In this document: in pieces, positions 43,935-52,739 of the stretch
How the letters are laid out: every line of letters begins with the position of its first letter
Numbering within the stretch: the first letter of the stretch is position 1
Assembly: GCA_965222235.1 (NCBI GenBank)
Contig: OZ244939.1
Span: 7,924 to 71,923, forward strand
Length of the DNA: 64,000 nucleotides
Origin: Minisyncoccota bacterium
Lineage (GTDB): Bacteria > Patescibacteriota > Minisyncoccia > Phycocordibacterales > JABAAK01
Direction of reading: 5' to 3'
Program-made: the position numbers and the translations under genes
The notes under the pieces: generated by a model
Database searches by the model: none
The model's input: the letters and a program-made list of their open reading frames with translations, nothing else
What the model was told of the DNA's origin: nothing

Positions 43935-45605
43935 ATGGCAAAACAACTTATATTCAATGAAGAAGCGCGTGCGAAGATAAAGAAGGGGGTTGATACGGTT
44001 ACGCAGGCGGTGGGCATAACCATCGGTCCGTTCGGCAGGAATGTCGCGCTGCAGAAGCCGTTCGGCGGTCCGACCATCACCAATGACGGCGTTTCCATCG
44101 CCCGGGATATAACACTGGAGGATCCGTTTGAAAATATCGGTGCGGAAATAATCAAGGAAGTGGCGAACAAGACCAATGAGCTGGCCGGCGACGGCACCAG
44201 CACATCAGTGGTGCTTGCCCAGTCAATGATAGAGGAGGGACTGAAGCAGATAGACAAAGGGGTGAATGCTCTTTCGGTACGGCGCGGTATGGAAAAGGCG
44301 CACAAAGAGGCGGAAAACCATCTCGCGAACATGAAGCGGAGCATCGCCGGCGATGAGGAAGTTGCGCATATCGCCTCCGTCGCCGCGGAGTCAGTTGAGT
44401 TCGGCAAGATTATCGCCGAGACCGTTCAGAAAGTCGGCGACAAGGGAGTAGTGACGGTTGAAGAGTCACAGTCATTCGGCATTGAATCGGAAGTTGTGGA
44501 AGGGCTGGAGATAGACAAGGGATACATCTCTCCGTATATGATGACGAATCCGGAACGGCTTGAGGCGGAATATAAGGATGTCGCGGTGCTGATCACTGAC
44601 AAAAAAATATCACAAGTCAAAGAAATTCTTCCGTTCCTTGAAAAGGTTACCCAGACGGGCAACAAGGACCTGGTGATCATTGCGGATGATATTGAAGGCG
44701 AGGCACTGACCACATTCGTGCTCAACAAGTTGCGCGGCACCTTTAATGTTCTGGCAATCAAGGCGCCGGGATTCGGCGACAAGAAGAACGCACTGCTCGG
44801 CGACATTGCCACCACTATCGGCGCAACGGTCGTGACGCAGGACACCGGCATGTCGTTTGACACGATTGGGGTTGAAGTTCTCGGTCGGGCGTCCCGCATC
44901 GTCGCAAAAAAAGACACCACAGTCATTGTCGGTTCAGCCGATGCGAAACCGGCCGTGGACGAGCGGATTCGTTCGTTGGAAGCCATGCTGGCAGAAACGG
45001 ATCAGCAGTTTGAAAAGGAAAAAATGCAGGAGCGGATTGCGAAACTCTCCGGCGGCGTTGCGGTCATTCGGGTCGGCGCGGCGACCGAGGCGGAGATGAA
45101 GTATCTCAAACTGAAAATAGAGGACGCGGTCAACGCAACCCGTGCGGCGCTGGAAGAGGGTATCATTGCCGGCGGCGGCGCGGCATTTGCACACATTGCC
45201 AAGCGTCTGCGCGAACACCAGAAACAGATGACCTGGAATGATGAATATGAGGAGAAAGGATATACCATCGTCGTCAATGCGCTTGAGGCGCCTCTGATGA
45301 AGATAGCGGAGAATGCACTCGGCAACGGAGAAGGGCGCGCTGTCGTGAGAAAGGTTCAGGGCGACGATGATTTTGAGGACGACGGAGCATGGCGGTCTGC
45401 GGGATACGATGCGCTCAGGAGAGAATACGTCATTGATATGTTTCAGCGCGGCATCATTGACCCCGTGAAAGTTGCCCGCGGCGGACTGCAGCACGCGATT
45501 TCAACCGTCGGCATATTCCTTACCACCGAAGTCGCGATTGCGGACATCCCGGAGCCGGAGAAGCCGGATATGCCGTCCGGTGGTATGGGCGGTGGAATGT
45601 ACTAG
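43935..45605 (+). CDS. groEL: Chaperonin GroEL (Cpn60).
   Basis: AKQLIFNEEARAKIKKGVDTV...TLGPKGRNV-like; the ATP-binding segment is AGDGTSTSVVLAQ; the C-terminal tail is GGMGGGM. Confidence 0.97.
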   Translation: MAKQLIFNEEARAKIKKGVDTVTQAVGITIGPFGRNVALQKPFGGPTITNDGVSIARDITLEDPFENIGAEIIKEVANKTNELAGDGTSTSVVLAQSMIEEGLKQIDKGVNALSVRRGMEKAHKEAENHLANMKRSIAGDEEVAHIASVAAESVEFGKIIAETVQKVGDKGVVTVEESQSFGIESEVVEGLEIDKGYISPYMMTNPERLEAEYKDVAVLITDKKISQVKEILPFLEKVTQTGNKDLVIIADDIEGEALTTFVLNKLRGTFNVLAIKAPGFGDKKNALLGDIATTIGATVVTQDTGMSFDTIGVEVLGRASRIVAKKDTTVIVGSADAKPAVDERIRSLEAMLAETDQQFEKEKMQERIAKLSGGVAVIRVGAATEAEMKYLKLKIEDAVNATRAALEEGIIAGGGAAFAHIAKRLREHQKQMTWNDEYEEKGYTIVVNALEAPLMKIAENALGNGEGRAVVRKVQGDDDFEDDGAWRSAGYDALRREYVIDMFQRGIIDPVKVARGGLQHAISTVGIFLTTEVAIADIPEPEKPDMPSGGMGGGMY

Positions 45606-45680
45606 ACCCCCGTTTTCACCGATGTGGTATACTTTTAATATCTGTTGTGATATACCATTATTCAGTACACGTTTTATAAT

Positions 45681-46244
45681 ATGAATATTTTTATCATTAT
45701 TGCGGGAGTATTCGCAGCCGCCGTTCTTGTTGCCATATTTTTCTACAATAATCTGATCAACAAGCGTAATAGGAAAGATGAAGCATGGTCCGACATTGAT
45801 GTGCAGCTGAAACGGCGCTACGATCTCATCCCCAATCTCATCAGTACGGTTAAAGGATACGCGAAGCATGAACGGGAAACCTTTGAGCGGGTTACGGAGA
45901 TGCGCACGAAAGCCCTTGAAACAAACGGAGTGCAGGATAAGGCGATGGCGGAAAATATGCTTACCGATGCGTTGAAATCCATCTTTGCCGTCGCAGAAAA
46001 TTATCCGCAGCTGCAGGCGAGCCAGAATTTTGTGGAGCTGCAACGTGAACTCAGCGACACGGAGAACAAGATACAGGCAGCACGCCGATTTTATAACACG
46101 ACGGTGCAGGATTTTAACACGGCACTGCAGGTATTCCCGCAGAACCTCATCGCCGGCATGTTCACTTTCAAGGAGGAGGAATTTTTTGAGCTGGATGAAG
46201 GAGAGAAGGAGGCCGCGAAAAAACCAGTTGAAGTCGCATTTTAA
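45681..46244 (+). CDS. lemA: LemA family protein.
   Basis: N-terminal transmembrane helix, then WSDIDVQLKRRYDLIPNLISTVKGYAKHERETFERVTEMR...YPQL.AS.NF..LQ.EL..TENKI..AR..YN, which is LemA-typical. Confidence 0.85.
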   Translation: MNIFIIIAGVFAAAVLVAIFFYNNLINKRNRKDEAWSDIDVQLKRRYDLIPNLISTVKGYAKHERETFERVTEMRTKALETNGVQDKAMAENMLTDALKSIFAVAENYPQLQASQNFVELQRELSDTENKIQAARRFYNTTVQDFNTALQVFPQNLIAGMFTFKEEEFFELDEGEKEAAKKPVEVAF

Positions 46245-46263
46245 TTAAGTCGCGATTTGACCT

Positions 46264-47190
46264 ATGGCATCACTCTACACACAGCAGGCACGCAATGTCC
46301 GCAGGACGTTCTTCCTCATGTCCGTCTTCCTCATCGTCGTCATCGGGATTGCCTGGCTTGTCTCCGCAGCTCTCGGCTCTCCCGGCATCCTCTGGGTCGT
46401 TGCCGCATTCGCTATCATCATAAATGTTGCCGCATACTGGAAATCTGATGCGATAGCGATTCGCATGACCCGTGCGCAGCCAATCTCCCGCGACACCCAT
46501 TTTTATTACTGGAATAGCGTTGAAAATCTCTGCATCAGTATCGGCGCGCCGATGCCCAAGCTGTATATCATTGATGACCCGTCTCCGAACGCATTTGCGA
46601 CCGGAAGAAACCCGAAACACTCGGCTATTGTCGTTACGCAGGGACTGCTGGATATGATGGACAAATCTGAACTGGAGGGAGTACTAGCCCATGAGCTTGC
46701 CCACATACAGAACCGGGATACGCTGCTCATGACATCGGTTGTCGTTCTGTTCGGTATGACCGCCATCCTTTTGGATATTATTCTTCATGCGGGCATTGCA
46801 GGTGATCGGAGAGACATGCACCCCGCCATGATTGCCGTCGCCCTGGCGGCATACATCATTGTCCCTTTGATTCTCACAATTATCCGCCTCGCGATTTCCC
46901 GAAAAAGGGAATTTCTCGCCGATGCAACCTCCGGTATCTACACCCGCTATCCGGAAGGGCTCGCGTCCGCACTGGAGAAAATCGGGAAAAGCACCACATC
47001 CATGAAACACGCCAGTTCCGCAACGGCTCATCTGTTCATATCTGATCCGTTCGGTATTTCAGATCATGCGGTGCAGAAAAAAAAGAAGGGATTCGGTCTC
47101 GGTATTCACCGTTTGTTTGACACTCATCCGCCGATAGAGAACAGAATACGGGTCCTTCTCGGCGGAACGTCGCATGTGGAAAACAAGTGA
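46264..47190 (+). CDS. htpX: Zinc metalloprotease HtpX-like (peptidase M48).
   Basis: Multi-transmembrane N-terminus; the HEXXH motif is HELAHIQNRD; the downstream Glu ligand region is present. The LemA-HtpX pairing is a common arrangement. Confidence 0.85.
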   Translation: MASLYTQQARNVRRTFFLMSVFLIVVIGIAWLVSAALGSPGILWVVAAFAIIINVAAYWKSDAIAIRMTRAQPISRDTHFYYWNSVENLCISIGAPMPKLYIIDDPSPNAFATGRNPKHSAIVVTQGLLDMMDKSELEGVLAHELAHIQNRDTLLMTSVVVLFGMTAILLDIILHAGIAGDRRDMHPAMIAVALAAYIIVPLILTIIRLAISRKREFLADATSGIYTRYPEGLASALEKIGKSTTSMKHASSATAHLFISDPFGISDHAVQKKKKGFGLGIHRLFDTHPPIENRIRVLLGGTSHVENK

Positions 47191-47275
47191 TGCGGATATC
47201 GTCTCCACTATACACTATCGGTATATATGGTGATATTCCGTATATTGTATTATTAACATACATAGAGCACATACT

Positions 47276-47491
47276 ATGCAAAGCATGACATGCAAATTCG
47301 CAATGACTGTATCACTCATCGGTGCCCTTAACTGGGGTGTTGTGGGCGCAACAAGCCTGTGGTGGGAAAGCAGGTTTGATCTCGTTGATTGGATCGGACT
47401 AACGGCCGGTTCGCAGACTGTCGCCGATATCATTTATATCGTGATCGGTCTCAGCGCGGTTATTGTTCTGATGACGATGCGCGGGCGGTAG
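47276..47491 (+). CDS. DUF378-like small membrane protein.
   Basis: 71 aa with two transmembrane helices and the LIGALNWGVVG motif characteristic of DUF378 (YuzA-like). Confidence 0.55.
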   Translation: MQSMTCKFAMTVSLIGALNWGVVGATSLWWESRFDLVDWIGLTAGSQTVADIIYIVIGLSAVIVLMTMRGR

Positions 47492-47543
47492 TATAATTCG
47501 CTGCGGTACAAAACACACAGTCCTTTCGGAGGATTGTGTATTT

Positions 47544-48224
47544 TTGTATACTGTTCGTATGGATACAAGAAAACAGAAAGAACGCATCGCGCGCGTAAAA
47601 CAGATTATTAAAACGCTGAAAAAACATTACCCGGATGCCAAGCTTGCCCTGAAATATACCACGCACTGGCAGTTGATGGTGGCGGTACAGCTCTCCGCCC
47701 AGTCAACTGATAAAAAGGTGAATGAAATACTGCCGGGGCTGTTTAAGCGGTATAAAAATGTCCGGGAGTTTGCCGATGCGGATCTGGGCGAGCTGCAGGA
47801 GGCAATCAGCTCCGTGCTGTATTACAAAAATAAGGGAAAAAATATACAGCACGCGGCGCAGAAAATTGTCGCCGATTACAACGGCAGACTGCCGAAGACA
47901 ATGGAGGAAATGCTCACCATACCCGGAGTGGCGAGAAAAACCGCCAATGTGCTACTCGGCACCCTGTTTCATATCATTGAAGGGATCACCGTTGATACGC
48001 ACATGATTCGTTTTGCGCGACGGTTTGATCTGACTGACTATACCGACGCAGTGCGCATAGAAAGGGATTTGATGCAGGTTGTTCCCAAAAAGGACTGGTA
48101 TCGTTTCTCCTATCTCGTCATTGACTACGGCAGAACCTGCGGGAATCCGCGCGGTAAAAGGGAACTGCACGGGCAGGATCCGCTCATTGCGATATACCCG
48201 AAGGCAAAAAACTACTGGCCGTAA
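47544..48224 (+). CDS. nth: Endonuclease III-like HhH-GPD DNA glycosylase lacking the Fe-S cluster cysteines.
   Basis: HWQLMVAVQLSAQSTDKKVN; the HhH-GPD segment is LTIPGVARKTANVLLG...VDTHMIRF. The C-terminus has a single Cys (YGRTCGNPRG) rather than the Cx6Cx2Cx5C loop. Confidence 0.8.
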   Translation: MYTVRMDTRKQKERIARVKQIIKTLKKHYPDAKLALKYTTHWQLMVAVQLSAQSTDKKVNEILPGLFKRYKNVREFADADLGELQEAISSVLYYKNKGKNIQHAAQKIVADYNGRLPKTMEEMLTIPGVARKTANVLLGTLFHIIEGITVDTHMIRFARRFDLTDYTDAVRIERDLMQVVPKKDWYRFSYLVIDYGRTCGNPRGKRELHGQDPLIAIYPKAKNYWP

Positions 48225-48994
48225 ATATCACGCTCCGTCCAGTCGCCGATCCTGATTCTTTTAATTGCGGTCGTTACGGTCGGATAGCCGATGCGTCTGC
48301 CGATTTCATTGACAACAGCACGTACATAAACGCCCCCGGAGCCCTCCAATACAGCTGAAAAGCAGGGTATATCAGCATTCCGCACACCCCGCCAGTCGTC
48401 TGTCACCGCCTCCTGCCTGAAATCTCCCCTCACAAGAGCGACATGCCCTGCGGCTGTATCCGCCAATGTGCGGGTGTTGCAGCGTTCTTCTGCGGTGAGG
48501 GTGTGCCGCGGGATGTATACGGTCCGCTCCGGCACCGCCAGGCACTCCGCTGTGCCGCGGCGGGCATGGATGAACAGCGGTATGCCGTTAACCGTTTTTG
48601 AGGAATACGGCGGATAGGGGAGTGTAATCTCACCGGTCAAATCTGAAACGGCATCGCGCACGCGTGAAACAACATCCCCCCGTATCCGATCAGCGGAGGC
48701 GGTAATGCGCCCGAGACAGTCATACGTATCTGTCGCTATACCCACGGCAAAGGAGTATTCATACACTTTGGTAAGATGAAAATATTTCTTTGCATGTCTG
48801 CATTCCTCGTCGGTGAGTACCAGGAGCAGTCCCTCAGCCATCGGATCAAGCCGGCCGGCATAGGTATATTTATCGTGAGCGTCTCCTAATATTCTGCGCG
48901 CGCATGCAAGAGGAGTCTCTCCGATCTTTTTATACACGATATACATACAATACTGACAGTATATCAAGCGTGTATTGTTTTTCTTATGCAGCAT
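48212..48994 (-). CDS. truB: tRNA pseudouridine(55) synthase TruB (alternative start at 48946).
   Basis: The catalytic Asp motif is YAGRLDPMAEGLLLVLTDEE (compare GTLDPLATGVL) and the second motif is KVYEYSFAVGIATDTYD. It overlaps nth by 13 nt, convergently. Confidence 0.85.
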   Translation of the reverse strand: MLHKKNNTRLIYCQYCMYIVYKKIGETPLACARRILGDAHDKYTYAGRLDPMAEGLLLVLTDEECRHAKKYFHLTKVYEYSFAVGIATDTYDCLGRITASADRIRGDVVSRVRDAVSDLTGEITLPYPPYSSKTVNGIPLFIHARRGTAECLAVPERTVYIPRHTLTAEERCNTRTLADTAAGHVALVRGDFRQEAVTDDWRGVRNADIPCFSAVLEGSGGVYVRAVVNEIGRRIGYPTVTTAIKRIRIGDWTERDIYGQ

Positions 48995-49110
48995 TCACGC
49001 TTTGTAAATAATGAATTTATTTACAATATACACATGTGTCGTTTATTTTTTTTTCTATGCTATTATATGGGTAATAGGGTAACAGAGAAGGACGTCAACC
49101 CTAGGAGCGA

Positions 49111-49148
49111 CAACCACCGTTTAACGGTGGTTGTTGTGTTTTTATTTT
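49111..49148 (+). terminator. Rho-independent terminator-like hairpin (orphan; no annotated plus-strand gene lies upstream).
   Basis: caaccaccg-tttaa-cggtggttg is a perfect 9-bp stem, followed by ttgtgtttttatttt. Confidence 0.45.
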
Positions 49149-49235
49149 CCCCCGCAATACGCTATTATGTAACCATCCGTTCTTGACACATGAAATATAA
49201 CACCTTGTGTATAGCTGTGTTCTAAGAGCGGATAC

Positions 49236-49306
49236 TGCCGGGTCGTCTAGCGGTAGGACGCTTGGTTCTGACCCAAGTAACCGGGGTTCGAATCCCTGCC
49301 CGGCAG
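49236..49306 (+). tRNA. tRNA-Gln (anticodon CTG).
   Basis: Acceptor TGCCGGG/CCCGGCA with U1-A72 and discriminator G73, the bacterial tRNA-Gln identity elements. D-arm GTCT-AGCGGTA-GGAC. Anticodon stem CTTGG/CCAAG with loop TTCTGAC. T-arm CGGGG-TTCGAAT-CCCTG. No CCA is encoded. Confidence 0.85.
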
Positions 49307-49341
49307 CCGGTATAGGAAGTACAGTCCGTTGTATCAGCGGG

Positions 49342-49414
49342 TCGGGGAGCCGGGATTCGAACCCGGAATCACCCGCACCCAAAGCGGGTATGTTAGCCGT
49401 TACACCACTCCCCG
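49342..49414 (-). tRNA. tRNA-Pro (anticodon TGG).
   Basis: Reverse complement: acceptor CGGGGAG/CTCCCCG (C1-G72), D-arm GTGT-AACGGCTA-ACAT, anticodon stem CCCGC/GCGGG with loop TTTGGGT, T-arm CCGGG-TTCGAAT-CCCGG, discriminator A. No CCA is encoded. Confidence 0.85.
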
Positions 49415-49700
49415 TCAGCGTCCAATTCGTATCACCACCATACCACATGTGGTGTAAAAATGATATGTTGCGCGCGTCTGAATACGGCGGAATGTATATT
49501 CCTTTTTATCGCGCGGTTGTCATAAACATGTGCGTGCAAGAAATATTTTCTGCGCTGTTCTGTGACAAGGAAGCGTTTTTTGCGAAACAATGAAGAAAAA
49601 AGTTTTCCACATACTTTAACAATAACCTGTAAATGTGTGCAATTTGTTATCATAATACAAGTAGACCTACCTAGGTCAATTAAAAATTTACACGAAAAAA

Positions 49701-49967
49701 ATGAAAAAGCGCCGAACAACTAAAAAGTCTTCAGCGAAGAGGACGACGACCAAGCGCCGAACAACTAAGAGGTCTTCAGCGAAAAAGAGGTCAACGACCA
49801 AGCGCCGAACAATGAAAAGGTCTTCAGCGAAGAGGACGACGACCAAGCGCCGAACAACTAAGAGGTCTTCAGCGAAAAAGAGGTCAACGACCAAGCGCCG
49901 AACAACGAAGAGGTCTTCAGCGAAGAGGTCAACGGCCAAGCGCCGAACAACGAAGCGACGCAGGTAG
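49701..49967 (+). CDS. Highly basic low-complexity repeat protein (histone H1 / protamine-like, candidate nucleoid-associated protein).
   Basis: 88 aa composed almost entirely of K/R/T/S in 30-aa repeats (TTKRRTTKRSSAKKRSTTKRRTMKRSSAKR...). The DNA shows about 90-nt direct repeats. A clean terminator hairpin lies downstream. Confidence 0.6.
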   Translation: MKKRRTTKKSSAKRTTTKRRTTKRSSAKKRSTTKRRTMKRSSAKRTTTKRRTTKRSSAKKRSTTKRRTTKRSSAKRSTAKRRTTKRRR

Positions 49968-49996
49968 TCTGTAAAGAACCCTACCATGGTTGGAGT

Positions 49997-50029
49997 AAAA
50001 GCACCCGCTTTGGGTGTTTTTACTTTTAC
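49997..50029 (+). terminator. Rho-independent terminator downstream of the basic repeat protein gene.
   Basis: Stem aaaagcaccc / gggtgtttt with loop gcttt, then a ttttt-ac-tttt run. It is nested inside a longer inverted repeat (gtctgtaaag ... ttttacagac). Confidence 0.45.
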
Positions 50030-50062
50030 AGACCGGCTCAAATGTGATATGATGTGCCGTAT

Positions 50063-52351
50063 ATGCCGTTATTGGATATATTTTTTGGTACAGAGTCAAG
50101 CCGATATATAAAGGGGGTGAAGAAGACGGTAGAGAATATTAATACATATAAGGAGCGTTTCTCGGCGTGCAGTGACGGGGAGCTGAAACAGAAAACCGAA
50201 GAGTTCCGCAAACAGCTGAAATCGGGAAAAACACCGAACGACATACTGCCTGAAGTGTTCGCCGTCGTTAGCATTGCCACGAAGCGGACAACCGGCATGA
50301 ATCCCTTTGATGTTCAGTTCATGGGATCCATGGTGCTTCATAAAGGTGCTATTGCCGAGATGCGCACCGGTGAGGGAAAAACGCTGGTGGCCGTGTCCGC
50401 CGCGTACCTGAACGCGCTGACCGGCAATCCGGTTCATATTGTCACGGTGAATGACTATCTTGCCCGTCGCGATGCCGTCTGGATGGGGCAGATATTTGCC
50501 TCTCTCGGCATGTCCGTCGGCACTATCAACGGTCAGAACATGTCATATCAGTATGATCCGGGACACCGGGAAAAAGACGCGGAGCGGGATACAGTCGGCG
50601 GATATAAGATTGTCTATGATTTTTTACGCGAGGTGACCCGGCAGGATGCCTACCGTTGCGATGTCGTCTACGGCACGAACAATGAGTATGTGTTTGACTA
50701 TCTGCGGGATAATATTGAATATGACCGTGCGAATATCAGGCAGCGCGGGTTTCACTTCGCCATTGTTGACGAAGTGGATTCCATTCTCATTGACGAAGCC
50801 CGCAGTCCTCTCATCATCTCAACTCCGGCACAGATACCGGCATCCCAGTATACGCAGTTTGCGGCATTTGCGGGGCAGCTTGCCGAGGGCGATGACTATA
50901 CCATCGATGAAAAACAGCGCGCCGTGTCGCTCACCGCGGCAGGGATAGAAAAGTTTGAAAAGGCCATGAAGGTTCAGAATGTGTATGTTGAGGGCGGACA
51001 GCGGAGCATCCACTATCTGCAGAACGCCCTGAAGGCGAAATCACTGTTCAAGAAGGATAAGCACTATGTTGTTCAGGACGGCACCATCGTCATTGTGGAT
51101 GAATTTACCGGTCGGCTGCAGCCCGGACGGCAGTGGAGCGACGGCATGCACCAGGCGATAGAGGCCAAGGAAAAAGTTGCCATTCAGCAGGAAAACCGCA
51201 CCTATGCATCCATCACCTATCAGAACTATTTCAGAATGTATGCCAAGCTCTCCGGCATGACCGGCACAGCACTTTCTTCCGAGGAGGAATTTTATAAAGT
51301 ATACAGTGTTCCGGTTATCAGCATACCGACGCACAATCCGTCGCAGCGGACGGATCACCCCGATATTATTTATCAGACACACACCGCGAAACTTCGGGCG
51401 GTGGTGAAAAAAATACGGGAATTGCATGAAAAAAGACAGCCCATTCTCGTCGGCACCGCCTCCATAGAGCATAATGAAGAACTCTCAAAGCGGCTCAAGC
51501 GGGCAAAAATACCGCACGAGGTGCTGAATGCGAAAAACCATGAGCGGGAAGGTGAAATCATCGCGCAGGCGGGGAAACGGGGGATGGTTACCATCGCAAC
51601 CAATCTTGCCGGAAGAGGGGTTGATATTAAGCTCGGCGGCGGTGAAGGGGATGATGTACGGGAGCGGAACAGGGAAATACAGGAATTAGGCGGATTGTTC
51701 GTGCTCGGCACCGAACGCCATGAGTCCCGCCGGGTTGACGATCAGCTGCGCGGCCGCTGTGGCCGGCAGGGCGACCGGGGCGAAACACAATTTTATATCT
51801 CCCTTGAGGATGATTTAACCCGGGTGTTCGGATCGGAAAAAATACTGCAGATGGCTCAGCGGCTCGGGCTGCCGGAGGATCAGGCGATCCAGAACAGAAT
51901 GATATCCCGATCAATTGAGGGCGCGCAGAAGAGGATAGAGGGACATCATTTTGATGCCCGCCGATTCAGTCTGCAGTATGATACGGTGCTCAACAGGCAG
52001 CGGGCGGAAGTGTATAAGGAGCGGCAGAGTATTGTGTTGGATACGGACGGTACCGCCGTTTCTGCATATATACATGACGATGACAGAGAGGCGCTTAACG
52101 AGCGTCATGGAGAAAAGAGTGCGGAGGCGCTCCGCACATTGATTCTGAGAAGTATTGATATGACCTGGATGGAGCATCTTGAACTGATGGATTATGCAAA
52201 AAGCAGTGTCGGACTGCGCTCATACGGGCAGCGTGAGCCTCTGATGGAGTACCGCAAGGAAAGCAATCGGTTGTTTGACGGCTTTTGGGATCAGGTGCGC
52301 CGGCATGTCGCGGAGCAGGTTTCGGCTGCGCAGGAGCAGACCGCCGAATGA
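50063..52351 (+). CDS. secA: Preprotein translocase ATPase SecA (short form, about 763 aa).
   Basis: MPLLDIFFGTESSRYIKGVKKTVENINTYKERFSACSDGELKQKTEEFR matches the SecA N-terminus. DEAD motor motifs are present (MRTGEGKTLVAVSAAYLNALTG, HIVTVNDYLARRDA, FAIVDEVDSILIDEARSPLIIS). The track ORF begins 9 nt upstream at a GTG (50054). Confidence 0.95.
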   Translation: MPLLDIFFGTESSRYIKGVKKTVENINTYKERFSACSDGELKQKTEEFRKQLKSGKTPNDILPEVFAVVSIATKRTTGMNPFDVQFMGSMVLHKGAIAEMRTGEGKTLVAVSAAYLNALTGNPVHIVTVNDYLARRDAVWMGQIFASLGMSVGTINGQNMSYQYDPGHREKDAERDTVGGYKIVYDFLREVTRQDAYRCDVVYGTNNEYVFDYLRDNIEYDRANIRQRGFHFAIVDEVDSILIDEARSPLIISTPAQIPASQYTQFAAFAGQLAEGDDYTIDEKQRAVSLTAAGIEKFEKAMKVQNVYVEGGQRSIHYLQNALKAKSLFKKDKHYVVQDGTIVIVDEFTGRLQPGRQWSDGMHQAIEAKEKVAIQQENRTYASITYQNYFRMYAKLSGMTGTALSSEEEFYKVYSVPVISIPTHNPSQRTDHPDIIYQTHTAKLRAVVKKIRELHEKRQPILVGTASIEHNEELSKRLKRAKIPHEVLNAKNHEREGEIIAQAGKRGMVTIATNLAGRGVDIKLGGGEGDDVRERNREIQELGGLFVLGTERHESRRVDDQLRGRCGRQGDRGETQFYISLEDDLTRVFGSEKILQMAQRLGLPEDQAIQNRMISRSIEGAQKRIEGHHFDARRFSLQYDTVLNRQRAEVYKERQSIVLDTDGTAVSAYIHDDDREALNERHGEKSAEALRTLILRSIDMTWMEHLELMDYAKSSVGLRSYGQREPLMEYRKESNRLFDGFWDQVRRHVAEQVSAAQEQTAE

Positions 52352-52395
52352 GACCGTGTTTTGCCGAACTGCTTTATCATCGTATACTGTAGGTA

Positions 52396-52728
52396 ATGGT
52401 AAAGAGTGTGCTGCATATCCTGACAATCGCCGCGGTGCTCCATGTCGCCCGGGAAGTTGGGATTATTATACTGGAGACGGAGTTGAATCCGTACCTGTCT
52501 TTCGCCGCACTGCTCGCAATATTCGCAATAAATGAACTTGTTGTTCATCCGATACTGCGGTTGGTGCTGCTGCCGATTCGACTTATCACCTTCGGCATCG
52601 CCTCCACCCTGATATCCGTCGCCCTTGTCTATGCGGTCGTCCAGCTTTACCCGCCGCTCACCGTGTCGCTGATATATATATTTCTGCTCGGATTCATATT
52701 CGCGCTGCTGCAGAAAGCATTCAAATGA
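52396..52728 (+). CDS. Small multi-transmembrane membrane protein, possibly phage-holin-4 / DUF360-like.
   Basis: 110 aa with three or four hydrophobic helices and no soluble domain. Confidence 0.45.
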   Translation: MVKSVLHILTIAAVLHVAREVGIIILETELNPYLSFAALLAIFAINELVVHPILRLVLLPIRLITFGIASTLISVALVYAVVQLYPPLTVSLIYIFLLGFIFALLQKAFK

Positions 52729-52739
52729 TACCATGATGT

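Noticed and set aside
48986-49186. 66-aa plus-strand ORF between truB and tRNA-Gln.
   Set aside because: It is low-complexity (FFFLCYY...VVVVFLF) and spans an intrinsic terminator hairpin. It is more likely non-coding.
50025-50053. Candidate secA promoter TTTACA-N17-TATGAT.
   Set aside because: The -10 box abuts or overlaps the possible GTG start (50054) and leaves almost no leader before the ATG at 50063. The call is too uncertain to list as a feature.
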